DNA of 37,260 nucleotides from Chthonomonas calidirosea (GTDB lineage Bacteria; Armatimonadota; Fimbriimonadia; Fimbriimonadales; Fimbriimonadaceae): NCBI GenBank assembly GCA_945859975.1, contig CAMAPH010000029.1, positions 1 to 37,260 of the forward strand, read 5' to 3'. Shown piece by piece: positions 36,106 to 37,260 of this stretch (position 1 is its first letter; each line of letters starts with the position of its first letter). The notes under the pieces were generated by a model. It saw only the letters and a program-made list of their open reading frames with translations, ran no database searches and was not told where the DNA came from. The position numbers and the translations under genes were made by a program.

Positions 36106-36149
36106 TGTCGTTATCGGAATCCAAACCTAGTTTGTTTCCGATAACGACA
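36106..36149. terminator. Long inverted repeat downstream of the dehydrogenase
   Basis: tgtcgttatcggaa ... ttccgataacgaca (14-bp arms), followed by AT-rich sequence. Confidence 0.6.
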
Positions 36150-36304
36150 TAATTTTCTATGTAGCCCTCAAATTTTCTACCCAGGCTGCACATATTTCCT
36201 ACACAAGACGTAATAATCTTCGTCGGTACCGGATTCAGGTGTCACTCTTTAGCGGTACAAGTTAAGGAGAGGCTGATTCCGTTCCCAAGGAAGCCCTGCC
36301 TCCA

Positions 36305-37260
36305 ATGAAAGTTGCTTTGAAATTGAACAACAAGGGATCGGTATTGCCCGCCGTTCTCATCATGTCTGCGGTCGGATCGGCCCTCGTGGTTGGTGCTCTC
36401 ACCACCGCCGGTGCGCATTACGACCTTTCCGTTTCGCGAGCGAACTCTGAAGCGGCTCTTCTCATTGCCGAAGCCGCTTTGAATGATGAAATGGCGGCGA
36501 TCGCGTCCCGGTCTACCTCTGGCACCGCATCGACCTGGGTTACCGCTCCAACCCAGATTACTGGCGAGCCTTTCCGAGGCAGAAAGGGCTCGGTGGATGG
36601 AGCAGTTGGCGACTTCTGGGTTTATGCCTCCACTACGCCGTACGGCACAACGGCATGGACCGGCACCGGACCGGTATATCTCAACTCCACGGCCAGAGTT
36701 GGTGGAGCCATCCGAAAAGCTTCTCTTGAAGTGAAGATCACCGGAGGCGGTTCGACCTCGACCGATGGTTGCGACTTCAACGCGCTCGTCTTCAACGGTG
36801 CAACCACCCAAGGCGGACACAGCGAAGGTCCAGTCGCGATCTGCGGGACTTGGCAAGGGCCATACGAAATCAACCAGCACACCACTCCCGGAAAGGTGAA
36901 CACCATCGGCAATATCGGCCTTTGGATGTGCGGCAATATCACCAAGAGCGGGAACGTCAAAAAGGTTTTCAACGGCTACGACGCCCACGTTTCTGGCAGC
37001 ATCGCGGGCTCGCTTCAGCGTCTCGGAAACGGAAAGCTGATCACGACGATGGACGGTAGCTGGGTTGGTACCCAGAGCTCACTCTGGCTTCAACGAAGCG
37101 AAGCCATCGAAGTCATGAACGATCAGCGCATTGACTGTTCGGACATGAACAACATCAACGTGAACGTTTCCAGCAACACGCTCAACGGAAGCACGCGCGT
37201 GTTCTGGGTGAATGCAACGGACGTCAAGCCGCTGAAAACGATCAACTTCAACAACATGGC
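36305..37260 (+). CDS. PilX-like minor pilin N-terminus fused to a choice-of-anchor A-like domain (truncated by window end; absent from ORF track)
   Basis: Hand translation is open to the window end: MKVALKLNNKG|SVLPAVLIM...ALLIAEAAL...NSTARVGGAIRK...FNALVFNGATTQGGHSEGPVAICG. Confidence 0.8.
   Translation, partial: MKVALKLNNKGSVLPAVLIMSAVGSALVVGALTTAGAHYDLSVSRANSEAALLIAEAALNDEMAAIASRSTSGTASTWVTAPTQITGEPFRGRKGSVDGAVGDFWVYASTTPYGTTAWTGTGPVYLNSTARVGGAIRKASLEVKITGGGSTSTDGCDFNALVFNGATTQGGHSEGPVAICGTWQGPYEINQHTTPGKVNTIGNIGLWMCGNITKSGNVKKVFNGYDAHVSGSIAGSLQRLGNGKLITTMDGSWVGTQSSLWLQRSEAIEVMNDQRIDCSDMNNINVNVSSNTLNGSTRVFWVNATDVKPLKTINFNNM

Noticed and set aside
36137..36144. TCCGATAA as a sigma28 -10 for the pilin gene
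   Set aside because: No TAAA-like -35 at correct spacing; explained as an arm of the inverted repeat.
36151..36201. AATTTTCTA repeats resembling the Cas12a repeat start
   Set aside because: Only 9 bp, 20-bp period, no repeat hairpin and no cas genes; not a CRISPR array.
36242..36988. 248-aa minus-strand ORF
   Set aside because: The plus-strand frame from 36305 gives a coherent pilin-like protein; this ORF is its shadow.

Overview
A gene-dense, GC-rich bacterial chromosomal window with about 43 protein-coding genes. I found no rRNA, tRNA, CRISPR array, transposase or integrase. An actinobacterial-type proteasome alpha subunit together with diderm envelope genes suggests Armatimonadota (Fimbriimonadaceae-like), which is an inference only. 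Housekeeping genes: speE, a PrsA-like foldase, a FliA/WhiG sigma factor, RNase E/G, tdk, queA, a leucine-catabolism-like operon, and stand-alone rplK and rplI. Proteolysis and folding genes are unusually numerous: proteasome alpha, tricorn S41, M28, M14, a BlaI/BlaR1-M56 pair and a cyclophilin. Envelope and redox genes include a long MlaD, a cytochrome c plus PQQ dehydrogenase pair, and a truncated PilX-like adhesin missing from the ORF track. The strongest novelty candidate is a three-gene operon (BldC-like HTH, GT4 glycosyltransferase, polytopic membrane protein). Its last gene carries all three presenilin/signal-peptide-peptidase (A22) motifs, with a variant GPAD in place of GxGD. Other leads are a divergent HEPN-like two-gene cassette, a DnaA-domain-I-like orphan, an unannotated 38-aa secreted peptide, CsrA-like ACGGAU-loop hairpins, a variant BlaI operator pair, and a widespread leaderless-transcript signature. 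All family assignments come from motif recognition by eye; no searches were run.
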